Counted from the first letter of the stretch, positions 47,933-58,242 are shown. The stretch: DNA of 64,000 nt from a virus (IMGVR_UViG_3300042154_002208); one strand, 5' to 3'. The notes: generated by a model not told the origin, from the letters alone. Numbers and translations are program-made.

Positions 47933-49063
47933 ATGGCCCTGACCATTTCCGGTTTTACTATGACCGGTAATCTTACCGCGGTACATATTCCACCCCCTCC
48001 TCCATCCTATTACCTTTGGTCATGGGGTCGCAACAATTATGGTTTATTGGGGGTAGGAGATACTATAGATAGATCTAGTCCAGTACAGGTTGGTGCTCTT
48101 GGTAATTGGTCAACTGTTTCTGGCGGAGTTTATCATAATCTATCCATTAAAACAGATGGTACCTTATGGTCATGGGGTAGAAATTATTTAGGCTTTTTAG
48201 GTCTTGGCGAGACCACCGCTAGATCTAGTCCAGTGCAAGTAGGTGCATTAACTAATTGGTCAAAAATTGCTACAGGTGGAGGCCTACACAGTTTAGCTAT
48301 AACAACCGATGGGTATTTATGGACTTGGGGTTACAATTATTATGGACAATTAGGATTAGGTAATACTACAGGATATTCAAGTCCAAAACAGATTGGCGCA
48401 TTAACTAATTGGTCAAGTATTTCTGCAGGCGGTAATCACAGTTTAGCTATCAAAACAGATGGTACATTATGGGTATGGGGGTATAACCAGTCAGGTCGAT
48501 TGGGCCTTGGCGATACTAATAATAGATCTAGCCCAGTACAAATTGGGGCTCTAACCACTTGGTCAAGTATTTCTGCAAGCAACGGCGGCTGTGCCGCTAT
48601 CAAAACAGATGGTACTTTGTGGGTTTGGGGCGGTAATTATTTTGGGCAGTTAGGATTAGGCAATACCACATATTATTCAAGTCCCAAACAAGTTGGCGCA
48701 TTAACTACTTGGTCAAGTATTTCTGCAAGCGGCGGCGGCTGTGCCGCTATCAAAACAGATGGTACTTTGTGGGTTTGGGGTAGAAATTTTGGGGCAGGTT
48801 CTTTAGGGTTAGGTGATACTATATCTAGATCTAGTCCAGTACAAATGGGGGCATTAACCAATTGGGCAAGTATTTCTGCAGGAGAACTTTTTTGTGTGTC
48901 CATTAAAACAGATGGTACACTATGGTCATGGGGACACAATGCGTATGGCCGGGTTGGAGATGGTACAACTGTTCTTAAATCTAGCCCAGTACAAATTGGA
49001 TCATCAACTACCTGGTCAAGTATTTCTGCAGGTAGCGCTACTCCATTAGCTATTAAATCTTAA
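47933..49063 (+). CDS. RCC1/BLIP-II-like propeller, copy 4
   Basis: MALTISG...PPPPP + 7 blades. Confidence 0.9.
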   Translation: MALTISGFTMTGNLTAVHIPPPPPSYYLWSWGRNNYGLLGVGDTIDRSSPVQVGALGNWSTVSGGVYHNLSIKTDGTLWSWGRNYLGFLGLGETTARSSPVQVGALTNWSKIATGGGLHSLAITTDGYLWTWGYNYYGQLGLGNTTGYSSPKQIGALTNWSSISAGGNHSLAIKTDGTLWVWGYNQSGRLGLGDTNNRSSPVQIGALTTWSSISASNGGCAAIKTDGTLWVWGGNYFGQLGLGNTTYYSSPKQVGALTTWSSISASGGGCAAIKTDGTLWVWGRNFGAGSLGLGDTISRSSPVQMGALTNWASISAGELFCVSIKTDGTLWSWGHNAYGRVGDGTTVLKSSPVQIGSSTTWSSISAGSATPLAIKS

Positions 49064-49082
49064 TAAAAATTAAAAGAACAAA

Positions 49083-50213
49083 ATGGCACTAACAATTTCA
49101 GGCGTAAGAATAAACGGAGCATTGTCTGCGGTGCATATTCCACCTCCTCCGCCACCTGCGTATTACCTTTGGGCTTGGGGTGCTAATGATTACGGTGAGT
49201 TAGGCCAAGGCGATTATAATATTAATAGATCTAGTCCAGTACAGATTGGTTCATTGACCAATTGGTTAAGTATTTCAGCCGGTGGTTATCACAGCGCGGC
49301 CACCTTCCCAAACGGGACTATATGGACATGGGGCAGTAATTATGTCGGCCAATTAGGGTTAGGAAATACTACAAATAGATCTAGTCCGGTACAAGTTGGT
49401 GCCTTAACCACATGGTCAAGTATTTCTACTGGCCAATACCACAACCTGGCCGTTAAAACAGATGGTACCATGTGGACATGGGGTGGAAATAGTTATGGCA
49501 AATTGGGGTTAGGCGATACCGCAAATAGATCTAGTCCAGTACAAATTGGCGCTTTAACTACTTGGTCATCTGTGAGTGCAGGAGGAAATATCAGTGCGGC
49601 AATTAAAACAGATGGTACATTGTGGGCGTGGGGTAGAAATTATCACGGGTCATTGGGCCAAGGTAATACTACAGATAGATCTAGTCCAGTACAAGTTGGT
49701 TCTCTAACTAATTGGTTGTCTGTTGCTGCTGCATATGTTTGTTGTCACGCAATTAAAACAGATGGTACCTTATGGTCATGGGGTAGAAATTATGCTGGCG
49801 TCTTGGGTTTAGGAGGTACTACAAATATTTCCAGTCCAGCACAAGTTGGTGCATTAACAAATTGGTCAACTGTATCTAACAGAGAACACTATTGTGCAGC
49901 AATTAAAACAGATGGTACATTATGGTCATGGGGCAGGGGTTCTCAAGGCAAATTAGGGTTAGGCGACATTACCAATAGATCCAGCCCGACTCAGGTTGGT
50001 GCATTAACTACTTGGTTAAGTGTTTCTGCAGGATATTCTCACAGCGCTGCTATTAAAACTGATGGTACTCTGTGGTCGTGGGGTAGCGGCGGCCAAGGTA
50101 GATTGGGCCTAGGTGATACTACATCTAGATCTAGTCCAACTCAAGTTGGAGGATTAACTACTTGGTTATATATTGCTGCAGGAAGTACTTTCACCGCCGC
50201 TATTAGTAACTAA
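49083..50213 (+). CDS. RCC1/BLIP-II-like propeller, copy 5
   Basis: MALTISG...PPPPPP + 7 blades. Confidence 0.9.
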   Translation: MALTISGVRINGALSAVHIPPPPPPAYYLWAWGANDYGELGQGDYNINRSSPVQIGSLTNWLSISAGGYHSAATFPNGTIWTWGSNYVGQLGLGNTTNRSSPVQVGALTTWSSISTGQYHNLAVKTDGTMWTWGGNSYGKLGLGDTANRSSPVQIGALTTWSSVSAGGNISAAIKTDGTLWAWGRNYHGSLGQGNTTDRSSPVQVGSLTNWLSVAAAYVCCHAIKTDGTLWSWGRNYAGVLGLGGTTNISSPAQVGALTNWSTVSNREHYCAAIKTDGTLWSWGRGSQGKLGLGDITNRSSPTQVGALTTWLSVSAGYSHSAAIKTDGTLWSWGSGGQGRLGLGDTTSRSSPTQVGGLTTWLYIAAGSTFTAAISN

Positions 50214-50229
50214 TTAAAAGAAGAACAAA

Positions 50230-51351
50230 ATGGATCTAATCGGAATAACTATATTTGGCGGAGTCAACATTCAGCCTCCGCCTCCGCCACCTCCTGTGCC
50301 CACATACTATCTATGGTCTTGGGGCAGAAATTATAAAGGTGTAATGGGTCTAGGTGATACTACCAATAGATCCAGTCCCAATCAAGTAGGCTCAATGAGT
50401 GATTGGTTATCTTTGGCTGCAGGAAGATACCATATGACAGCAATTAAAATCGATAACACCTTATGGTCTTTTGGTCAAAATTCAAGCGGTCAATTGGGGC
50501 TAGGCGATACCACCGACAGATCAAGTCCAACTCAAATCGGAGCATTGGCAACCTGGGCGTCATTAAGTTGCGGGGATCAGCACGCCATAGCAATTAAAAC
50601 AGATGGTACCTTGTGGGCATGGGGATACAATGGTATCGGCGGCTTGGGGCTAGGAAATTCTACAAGTTATTCAAGCCCAATGCAAGTTGGCGCGCTAACA
50701 ACTTGGTCAAGTATTGGTACCGGCGGATACAATTCGTTTGCTGTTAAAACCGATGGTACATTATGGACATGGGGATATAATGCACAAGGACAACTGGGTC
50801 TAGGCAATACCGCAGCTAGATCTAGTCCAGTACAGATTGGTGCATTAACTACTTGGTCAAAAGTTGATGGTGGAGATAAGCACACCATGGCAATTAAAAC
50901 AGATGGTACCTTGTGGGCATGGGGTGCTAGCAATCAGGGCCAAACGGGAACGGGAAGTTCTTCGTCTAGCCCAGTACAAGTTGGCGCATTGACAACCTGG
51001 GCAACATTAGGTATAACATATTTGTCATCCTCGGCAATTAAAACCGATGGTACATTATGGATGTGGGGTTCCAACGAGTCGGGACATTTAGGCCTAGGCA
51101 ATACTACCAATCAAGGTAGTCCGGTACAAGTGGGCGCGCTGACTACTTGGTCAAAAGTTAGTTTAGGACAATTCCATACTATGGCAGTTAGAACCGACGG
51201 CACATTATGGACATGGGGATTCAATGTTCAGGGTCAACTTGGTATTGGTAACACCACATATTTTTCCAGTCCAAAACAAGTTGGTGCATTAACTACCTGG
51301 TTGAATGTTACTGCAGGATATAGACATTCAACTGCAATTACATCGCAATAA
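50230..51351 (+). CDS. RCC1/BLIP-II-like propeller, copy 6
   Basis: MDLIGITIFGG...PPPPPPP + 7 blades. Confidence 0.9.
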   Translation: MDLIGITIFGGVNIQPPPPPPPVPTYYLWSWGRNYKGVMGLGDTTNRSSPNQVGSMSDWLSLAAGRYHMTAIKIDNTLWSFGQNSSGQLGLGDTTDRSSPTQIGALATWASLSCGDQHAIAIKTDGTLWAWGYNGIGGLGLGNSTSYSSPMQVGALTTWSSIGTGGYNSFAVKTDGTLWTWGYNAQGQLGLGNTAARSSPVQIGALTTWSKVDGGDKHTMAIKTDGTLWAWGASNQGQTGTGSSSSSPVQVGALTTWATLGITYLSSSAIKTDGTLWMWGSNESGHLGLGNTTNQGSPVQVGALTTWSKVSLGQFHTMAVRTDGTLWTWGFNVQGQLGIGNTTYFSSPKQVGALTTWLNVTAGYRHSTAITSQ

Positions 51352-51380
51352 CCCGTTATACTAATTAAAAGAACAAAAAA

Positions 51381-52514
51381 ATGCCATTAATTTTTTCAGG
51401 TATAACCACAAAAGGTAGTTTCGAGATGGTGTATACTCCACCACCGCCTCCCGAACCAACATCTTATCTATGGTCGTGGGGTAGTGGAAGCGACGGTCGA
51501 CTAGGTTTAGGTAATACTACAAGTTACTCAAGTCCAAAACAAATTGGTTCGTTAGGCTCTTGGTTGAATATTGCTGCCGGGTATAATCACGGCATGGCCC
51601 TCAAAACAGATGGTACACTTTGGTCATGGGGTTACAATGATACGGGTCAGTTAGGTTTGGGGGATCTTACAGATAGATCTAGTCCAGTACAGATTGGCGC
51701 AGGAACCACTTGGTCAACAATTGAAGGAAGTTTCTTCTACAACATAGCCATTAAAACAGATGGTACCATGTGGTCATGGGGTTATAATAATAGCGGTCGA
51801 TTGGGGTTAGGCAATACTACAAGTATATCTAGTCCAGTACAAATTGGTGCATTAACTACTTGGTCAAAGATTAATGCAGGTGGTCAGCATACCATGGCCA
51901 TTAAAACAGATGGTACCATGTGGGCATGGGGAGTTAATCAACACGGTGCACTGGGGCTAGGCGATACCACAAATAGATCTAGTCCAGTACAAATTGGTTC
52001 ATTAACTACTTGGTTAAATATTGCTGGAGGGTACAGGGCCAGTATGGCCGTCAAAACAGATGGTACGTTATGGTCATGGGGGATGAATGCTTTTGGTCAG
52101 TTAGGATTAAATAATTATACATATTATTCTAGCCCAAAACAGGTAGGGGGTCTAACCAATTGGTTAAGTGTTGCTGGGGGTAAATATGCTCACAGCGTGG
52201 CCCTGAAAAATAATGGCACCTTGTGGGGATGGGGTCGCAATTATATAGGAATGTTAGGTTTAGGTGGTACCACTCAATATATAAGCCCAGTTCAAGTTGG
52301 TGCTTTAACCAATTGGTCAAGTATTGATGCCGGTAGAAGTCACAGCGTGGCCATTAAAACAGATGGTACCATGTGGGCTTGGGGTGGAAATGGATCCGGT
52401 CGATTGGGGTTAGGTGATACCACAAATAGATCAAGCCCAACACAGATTGGTTCATCAACTAATTGGTCAAAGATTGATGCAGTTGGTACGTTCACCTTGG
52501 CTATTAGCTATTAA
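51381..52514 (+). CDS. RCC1/BLIP-II-like propeller, copy 7
   Basis: MPLIFSG...PPPPP + 7 blades. Confidence 0.9.
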   Translation: MPLIFSGITTKGSFEMVYTPPPPPEPTSYLWSWGSGSDGRLGLGNTTSYSSPKQIGSLGSWLNIAAGYNHGMALKTDGTLWSWGYNDTGQLGLGDLTDRSSPVQIGAGTTWSTIEGSFFYNIAIKTDGTMWSWGYNNSGRLGLGNTTSISSPVQIGALTTWSKINAGGQHTMAIKTDGTMWAWGVNQHGALGLGDTTNRSSPVQIGSLTTWLNIAGGYRASMAVKTDGTLWSWGMNAFGQLGLNNYTYYSSPKQVGGLTNWLSVAGGKYAHSVALKNNGTLWGWGRNYIGMLGLGGTTQYISPVQVGALTNWSSIDAGRSHSVAIKTDGTMWAWGGNGSGRLGLGDTTNRSSPTQIGSSTNWSKIDAVGTFTLAISY

Positions 52515-52530
52515 TAAAAAGAAAAACAAA

Positions 52531-53652
52531 ATGGCATTTACTTTTTCAGGCTTTGCAACCAACGGCAGTTTTAATCTGGTATGTCCTATACCTCCTCCAC
52601 CTCCCGCATATTATTTATGGGGATGGGGCAAAAATACCGATGGTACCGTAGGTGATAACACAACTACTGGTAGATCTAGTCCTGTGCAAGCCGGCACATT
52701 AACCACTTGGTTGAATGTTTCTGCAGGTGAATATCATGGTTTAGCACTTAACTCCGATGGCACCATGTGGTCTTGGGGAAGAAATAGTCAAGGTCAATTA
52801 GGGTTAGGTAATACTACACGTGTATCTAGTCCGGTGCAGGTTGGTGCTTTAACCACTTGGTCAACTATCGTAGGCGGGTCACAACACAGCTTAGCAGTTA
52901 AAACAGATGGCACATTGTGGTCATGGGGATATAATGCTTATGGTAAACTTGGACAGGGAGATACTATATCTAAATCTAGTCCAGTACAAATTGGTGGATT
53001 AACTAATTGGTTAAATGTTGCTGCTGGATATAGTTCCTCAGCTGTTAAAACAAATGGTACATTATGGACTTGGGGTTTTGGTATCTATGGTTTATTAGGG
53101 CTAGGTAATACTACACATAGATCTAGTCCAGTTCAAGTTGGTGCATTGACCAATTGGTCTAGCTCGACATTTGGATATCTACATTGTATGGCAATTAAAA
53201 CAGATGGCACGATCTGGGCATGGGGATATAATCCTAACGGACAACTTGGGTTAGGCAATACTACAAATATATCTAGTCCAGTTCAAGTTGGATCCGATAC
53301 AAATTGGGCAAGTATTGAAGCAGGTGAATATCAGACTTTAGCAATTAAAACCAATGGTACATTATGGTCATGGGGATGGAATAATTTGGGCAGACTGGGA
53401 CTCGGTAATACTACAGCATATTCAAGTCCAAAACAAATTGGTGCATTAACTACTTGGTCAAAAGTTTCTACGGGCTATCATGTCGCTGCAATTAAAACGG
53501 ATGGCACTCTTTGGGCTTGGGGAAGAAATACCGATGGTGAATTGGGTCTAGGTGATACTACAGATAGATCTAGTCCAGTTCAAATTGGCGCATCAACTGC
53601 TTGGTTAAATGTTTCGCTGGCTAATTATCATAGTATAGCAATCTCAAATTAA
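52531..53652 (+). CDS. RCC1/BLIP-II-like propeller, copy 8
   Basis: True start ATG 52531 (MAFTFSG), not 52414; PPPPP + 7 blades. Confidence 0.9.
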   Translation: MAFTFSGFATNGSFNLVCPIPPPPPAYYLWGWGKNTDGTVGDNTTTGRSSPVQAGTLTTWLNVSAGEYHGLALNSDGTMWSWGRNSQGQLGLGNTTRVSSPVQVGALTTWSTIVGGSQHSLAVKTDGTLWSWGYNAYGKLGQGDTISKSSPVQIGGLTNWLNVAAGYSSSAVKTNGTLWTWGFGIYGLLGLGNTTHRSSPVQVGALTNWSSSTFGYLHCMAIKTDGTIWAWGYNPNGQLGLGNTTNISSPVQVGSDTNWASIEAGEYQTLAIKTNGTLWSWGWNNLGRLGLGNTTAYSSPKQIGALTTWSKVSTGYHVAAIKTDGTLWAWGRNTDGELGLGDTTDRSSPVQIGASTAWLNVSLANYHSIAISN

Positions 53653-53666
53653 AAGAAGAACAAAAA

Positions 53667-54803
53667 ATGGCAGTCACATTTTCAGGCGGCGGATACGCAG
53701 GGGTAACAATTAACATAATTCAACCCACTCCTCCTCCTCCTACATACTATTTATGGGCATGGGGAGATGGCGGTAGCGGGCGATTGGGGTTAGGCGATAC
53801 CGCAAATAGATCTAGTCCAGTTCAAATTGGCGCATTAAGTAATTGGTTAAGTATTTCTATAGGCGATTACCATGGAGTTGGGCTTGACGTTGATAAAAAA
53901 CTTTGGACGTGGGGTAATAATTCCATAGGTGCTTTAGGTTTAGGTAATACTACAAATTATTCTAGCCCAGTACAAGTTGGCGCTTTAACTAACTGGGCAA
54001 TTCTGCGTGGGGGCGGAGAAGGTACAGCAGCTATTAAAACAGATGGTACCATGTGGGTATGGGGAGACGGCCGGTTTGGCAGGCTTGGGCTCGGCGATAC
54101 CGCAAATAGATCTAGTCCTACTCAGGTTGGAGCATTGACTAATTGGGCATCTATAAGTAACAGCTCTTGGAATATTTATGGAATTAAAACCGATGGCACA
54201 TTATGGGCATGGGGATATGGCTCAAGTGGCCAACTAGGCGATGGTACTACTATAAATAAATCTAGCCCAATACAAATTGGAGCATCTACAGATTGGAGCA
54301 AATGTGAAGGTGGAAACGGAATTGCGGGAGCGATTAAAACTAACGGCACACTATGGATGTGGGGATATAATTACAGAGGCAATTTAGGATTAGGCGATAT
54401 TACATATAGATCTAGTCCAGTGCAGGTTGGCGCTTTAACTAATTGGTTGCATATATCTGCTTCTAGATATAGTACAGCATCTATTAAAACAGATGGTACC
54501 TTGTGGATATGGGGTAGCAATTATGCTGGAACATTGGGCTTAGGTGATACTATACATAGATCTAGTCCAGTACAAGTTGGCGCACTAACTACTTGGTCAA
54601 AACTTGCTATTCCACAAGCAACATATTCGCGTGCAGCAATTAAAACAGATGGTACCTTGTGGACGTGGGGTAGCAATGGTAGTGGCCAGTTGGGGGTGGG
54701 AGATACTGCGAATAGAGGTAGTCCAGTACAAGTTGGGACCAATACAAACTGGGTAGAAGTAGTTCAAGGTAACGCCTCAAAGTTTGCATTAACCCCACAA
54801 TAA
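53667..54803 (+). CDS. RCC1/BLIP-II-like propeller, copy 9
   Basis: MAVTFSG...PTPPPP + 7 blades. Confidence 0.9.
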   Translation: MAVTFSGGGYAGVTINIIQPTPPPPTYYLWAWGDGGSGRLGLGDTANRSSPVQIGALSNWLSISIGDYHGVGLDVDKKLWTWGNNSIGALGLGNTTNYSSPVQVGALTNWAILRGGGEGTAAIKTDGTMWVWGDGRFGRLGLGDTANRSSPTQVGALTNWASISNSSWNIYGIKTDGTLWAWGYGSSGQLGDGTTINKSSPIQIGASTDWSKCEGGNGIAGAIKTNGTLWMWGYNYRGNLGLGDITYRSSPVQVGALTNWLHISASRYSTASIKTDGTLWIWGSNYAGTLGLGDTIHRSSPVQVGALTTWSKLAIPQATYSRAAIKTDGTLWTWGSNGSGQLGVGDTANRGSPVQVGTNTNWVEVVQGNASKFALTPQ

Positions 54804-54820
54804 TTAAAAAGAAAAACAAA

Positions 54821-55951
54821 ATGGCATTTACTATTTCAGGAATCGGTGGATACTCGGGTATATCATTTACCACTACTCAACCACCACCACCTCCGATATA
54901 TTATCTTTGGTCATGGGGTCAAGGTATTAGTGGTCGATTGGGGTTAGGTAATACTACAGATTATTCTTCTCCAAAACAGATTGGTGCATTGACCACTTGG
55001 TCAAGTATTGCTGCAGCAGAAGGTTGGGCAATGGCTCTAAAAACAGATGGCACAATGTGGTCTTGGGGCAGAAATTATGCAGGTCAATTAGGCTTAGGTA
55101 ATACTATATATTATTCTTCTCCAAAACAGATTGGAGCTTTAACTACTTGGGCAAATATTAGTACAGGGAAAGCGTCTAATATGTTTGCTATAAAAACCAA
55201 TGGTACCTTATGGGCGTGGGGTGGTAATTATGGTTACAAGTTAGGATTGGGCAATACTACATCATATTCTAGTCCAGTACAAGTAGGTTCCTTAACTGAT
55301 TGGGCAATTATAATTTCACTTGCTGGAAACGGTGCTGCAGCAATTAAAACCAATGGTACTATGTGGTCATGGGGACAAGGATCTAACGGGCAATTGGGAT
55401 TGGGTAATACTACAAATACATCTAGCCCACAACAAATTGGCGCTTTAACCACTTGGTCAAATATTACTAATATTAGATTTGGTGCCCTTGCAACTAAAAC
55501 AGATGGAACTTTATGGACATGGGGCGCTAATGGTTACGGCGAACTTGGATTGGGCGATACTACAAATAGATCTAGTCCTGTACAGATTGGCGCATTAACT
55601 ACTTGGCAAAGTGTTTCCGCTGGGTATTATCACGGCCTGGCTGTAAAAACAGATGGTACTTTATGGTCTTGGGGAAGAAATGCAGTAGGCTCATTGGGGT
55701 TAGGAGATACTACAAATAGATCTAGTCCAGTACAAGTTGGTGCATTAACTACTTGGTTAAATATTTCAGGAGGTGTTGAACACAATCTGGCCATTAAAAC
55801 AGATGGTACCATGTGGTCATGGGGCGATAATCAATCTGGTCGATTGGGTATAGGCGATACCACAAATAGATCTAGTCCAGTGCAGATTGGATCATTAACA
55901 AATTGGGCAAATGTTTCTGCAGGTGGTTCTTTCAGCCTGGCTATCGGTTAA
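54821..55951 (+). CDS. RCC1/BLIP-II-like propeller, copy 10
   Basis: MAFTISG...PPPPP + 7 blades. Confidence 0.9.
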   Translation: MAFTISGIGGYSGISFTTTQPPPPPIYYLWSWGQGISGRLGLGNTTDYSSPKQIGALTTWSSIAAAEGWAMALKTDGTMWSWGRNYAGQLGLGNTIYYSSPKQIGALTTWANISTGKASNMFAIKTNGTLWAWGGNYGYKLGLGNTTSYSSPVQVGSLTDWAIIISLAGNGAAAIKTNGTMWSWGQGSNGQLGLGNTTNTSSPQQIGALTTWSNITNIRFGALATKTDGTLWTWGANGYGELGLGDTTNRSSPVQIGALTTWQSVSAGYYHGLAVKTDGTLWSWGRNAVGSLGLGDTTNRSSPVQVGALTTWLNISGGVEHNLAIKTDGTMWSWGDNQSGRLGIGDTTNRSSPVQIGSLTNWANVSAGGSFSLAIG

Positions 55952-55977
55952 AAAAAAAATAAAAAAGAAGAACAAAA

Positions 55978-57105
55978 ATGGCATTTACTTTATCTGGCAT
56001 AAGCGACATAACCGGTCTTAACCTCACAACTACTCAACCTGTGCCTCCAGAATTTTACTTATGGTCATGGGGTTACCATGGTGGATATGGGCAACTCGGT
56101 TTAGGTGATGCTACTATAAGTAGATCTAGTCCAACACAGGTTGGCTCATTAACTAATTGGAGCAGTACTGCAGGAAAATACCTTCTGTCAATTGCCGCAA
56201 AAACCGACGGCACCATGTGGTCATGGGGTTACAATTCACAAGGTCGATTGGGGTTAGGCGATACCATACATAGATCTAGTCCTGTACAAATTGGAGCATT
56301 AACCACTTGGGCAAAAATAACCGCAATAAATACTGGCGGAGTTGCTATTAAAACAGACGGCACCTTATGGACATGGGGCGGTAATTATTACGGGGCATTG
56401 GGCGTAGGTGATACCATACATAGATCTAGTCCGGTACAAGTTGGTGCATTAACTACTTGGTTAAATATTTCAGGTGGTACATATCACACCATGGCAACTA
56501 AAACAGATGGCACCCTATGGATGTGGGGTAGAAACTATCATGGTCGATTGGGGTTAGGTGATACTAATAATAGATCTAGTCCAGTACAAGTTGGCGCATT
56601 AACTAATTGGTTAAAAGTTTCTGCGGCATATAACAATGCGGCCATCAAAACAGATGGTACAATGTGGGTATGGGGTCGCAATAACACCGGGCAATTGGGT
56701 TTGGGAGATACCACAAGCAGATCTAGTCCAACACAAGTTGGTGCTTTAACTACTTGGTTAAATGTTGCTGCAGGCACTTATACTAACATGGCCATTAAAA
56801 CAGACGGCACCATGTGGTCTTGGGGCAGGAATGCATACGGTCAATTGGGTTTAGGTAATACCACAGATAGATCTAGTCCAGTACAAGTTGGCGCATTAAC
56901 TAATTGGTCAAGTGTTAGTAGTCTAGGCCTCACCACGCATGCAATTAAAACAGATGGTACCATGTGGGCATGGGGCTCTAATGCAGATGGTAAATTAGGA
57001 TTAGGCAATACTACAAACTATTCAAGCCCTAAACAAATTGGCGCACGCACTACGTGGATTAGTGTTACGAACACAGACTACGTGATCCTGGCAATCTCAA
57101 ATTAA
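55978..57105 (+). CDS. RCC1/BLIP-II-like propeller, copy 11
   Basis: MAFTLSG...PVPP + 7 blades. Confidence 0.9.
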   Translation: MAFTLSGISDITGLNLTTTQPVPPEFYLWSWGYHGGYGQLGLGDATISRSSPTQVGSLTNWSSTAGKYLLSIAAKTDGTMWSWGYNSQGRLGLGDTIHRSSPVQIGALTTWAKITAINTGGVAIKTDGTLWTWGGNYYGALGVGDTIHRSSPVQVGALTTWLNISGGTYHTMATKTDGTLWMWGRNYHGRLGLGDTNNRSSPVQVGALTNWLKVSAAYNNAAIKTDGTMWVWGRNNTGQLGLGDTTSRSSPTQVGALTTWLNVAAGTYTNMAIKTDGTMWSWGRNAYGQLGLGNTTDRSSPVQVGALTNWSSVSSLGLTTHAIKTDGTMWAWGSNADGKLGLGNTTNYSSPKQIGARTTWISVTNTDYVILAISN

Positions 57106-57120
57106 AAAGAAAAACAAAAA

Positions 57121-58242
57121 ATGGCATTTACTTTTTCAGGCTTAAATTTCGTCGGCGACGTTAGCGCGCAAGCAGTCTTTCCCACTCCCGAACCTTATTT
57201 GTGGGGGTTTGGGCACAATGCTTATGGTCAGTTGGGAGATGGTACCACTACAAATAGATCTAGTCCAGTACAGGTTGGCGCAGGAACCACTTGGTCAAAG
57301 ATTGAGGCAGGTCAAAGTCAAAGCGTAGCCCTCAAAACAGATGGTACCATGTGGTCATGGGGTAACAACAGCGCGGGTCGATTAGGGTTAGGCGATACTA
57401 CCAATAGATCTAGTCCAGTACAAATAGGTTCTCTAACTACTTGGTCAAAAATAATCAGTAAAGTTCATTCGTTAGCTATAAAAACGGATGGATCTTTGTG
57501 GGGCTGGGGTAGAAATGGTTTCGCGGGCTTAGGTCTAGGCAATACCACATATTATTCAAGTCCAAAACAAATAGGCGCATTAACCAATTGGTCGAATATT
57601 TCTGCACGTGGCCATAGTCTGGCAATTAAAACAGATGGTACCTTGTGGTCTTGGGGCGGCAATAGTTCTGGCAATCTAGGCCTAGGTAATACTACAGGTA
57701 TATCTAGTCCACAACAAGTTGGTTCATTGACAAATTGGCTAAGTGTAGCTGCCGGCGGATATTTTAGTTCAGCTGTCAAAACAGGTGGTACATTATGGGC
57801 ATGGGGAAGTAATCAATTTGGGCAATTGGGTTTAGGTGATACCGCAAATAGATCTAGTCCAGTACAGATTGGATCATTGACAAATTGGTTAAGTGTTGCC
57901 GGAGGCCAATATCATATTTCAGCAATTAAAACCGACGGCACTCTATGGACATGTGGCCGCGGCAGCAGTGGCGCGCTTGGCGTAGGCGATACCGAAAATA
58001 GATCTAGCCCAACTCAGGTTGGCGCATTAACTACTTGGTACATCAGCTCAAGCAGCAACGGTTTTAATTATTCAATTAAAACAGATGGGACATTGTGGAC
58101 ATGGGGCAGAAATGATTTCTATGGACAACTTGGTTTAGGTGATACTGCAAATAGATCTAGCCCAGTTCAGGTCGGAGCATTAACTAATTGGACAAATATT
58201 GCCACTGGAGAAATTCATGGCTTAGCAATTTCAACTGGATAA
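57121..58242 (+). CDS. RCC1/BLIP-II-like propeller, copy 12
   Basis: MAFTFSG...PTPEP + 7 blades. Confidence 0.9.
   Translation: MAFTFSGLNFVGDVSAQAVFPTPEPYLWGFGHNAYGQLGDGTTTNRSSPVQVGAGTTWSKIEAGQSQSVALKTDGTMWSWGNNSAGRLGLGDTTNRSSPVQIGSLTTWSKIISKVHSLAIKTDGSLWGWGRNGFAGLGLGNTTYYSSPKQIGALTNWSNISARGHSLAIKTDGTLWSWGGNSSGNLGLGNTTGISSPQQVGSLTNWLSVAAGGYFSSAVKTGGTLWAWGSNQFGQLGLGDTANRSSPVQIGSLTNWLSVAGGQYHISAIKTDGTLWTCGRGSSGALGVGDTENRSSPTQVGALTTWYISSSSNGFNYSIKTDGTLWTWGRNDFYGQLGLGDTANRSSPVQVGALTNWTNIATGEIHGLAISTG

Noticed and set aside
48557-48780. Diversity-generating retroelement (TR/VR pair with AAC->GGC change)
   Set aside because: Only two adenine mismatches, both copies are coding blades of one ORF, and no reverse transcriptase or non-coding template repeat is in the window; an RT elsewhere in the genome cannot be excluded
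52414-52530. Apparent overlap/fusion between propeller copies 7 and 8
   Set aside because: Upstream in-frame extension is fortuitous; copy 8 has its own conserved leader and MAFTFSG start at 52531
55949-55977. Poly-A tract as a phase-variation switch
   Set aside because: It is intergenic, so slippage would not shift a frame; it fits the shared A-rich leader
47933-58242. Regularly spaced ~17-nt repeat AGATCTAGTCCAGTACA resembling a CRISPR array
   Set aside because: Spacing is ~150 nt, in frame inside ORFs (encodes RSSPVQ), degenerate at wobble positions; no cas genes or leader
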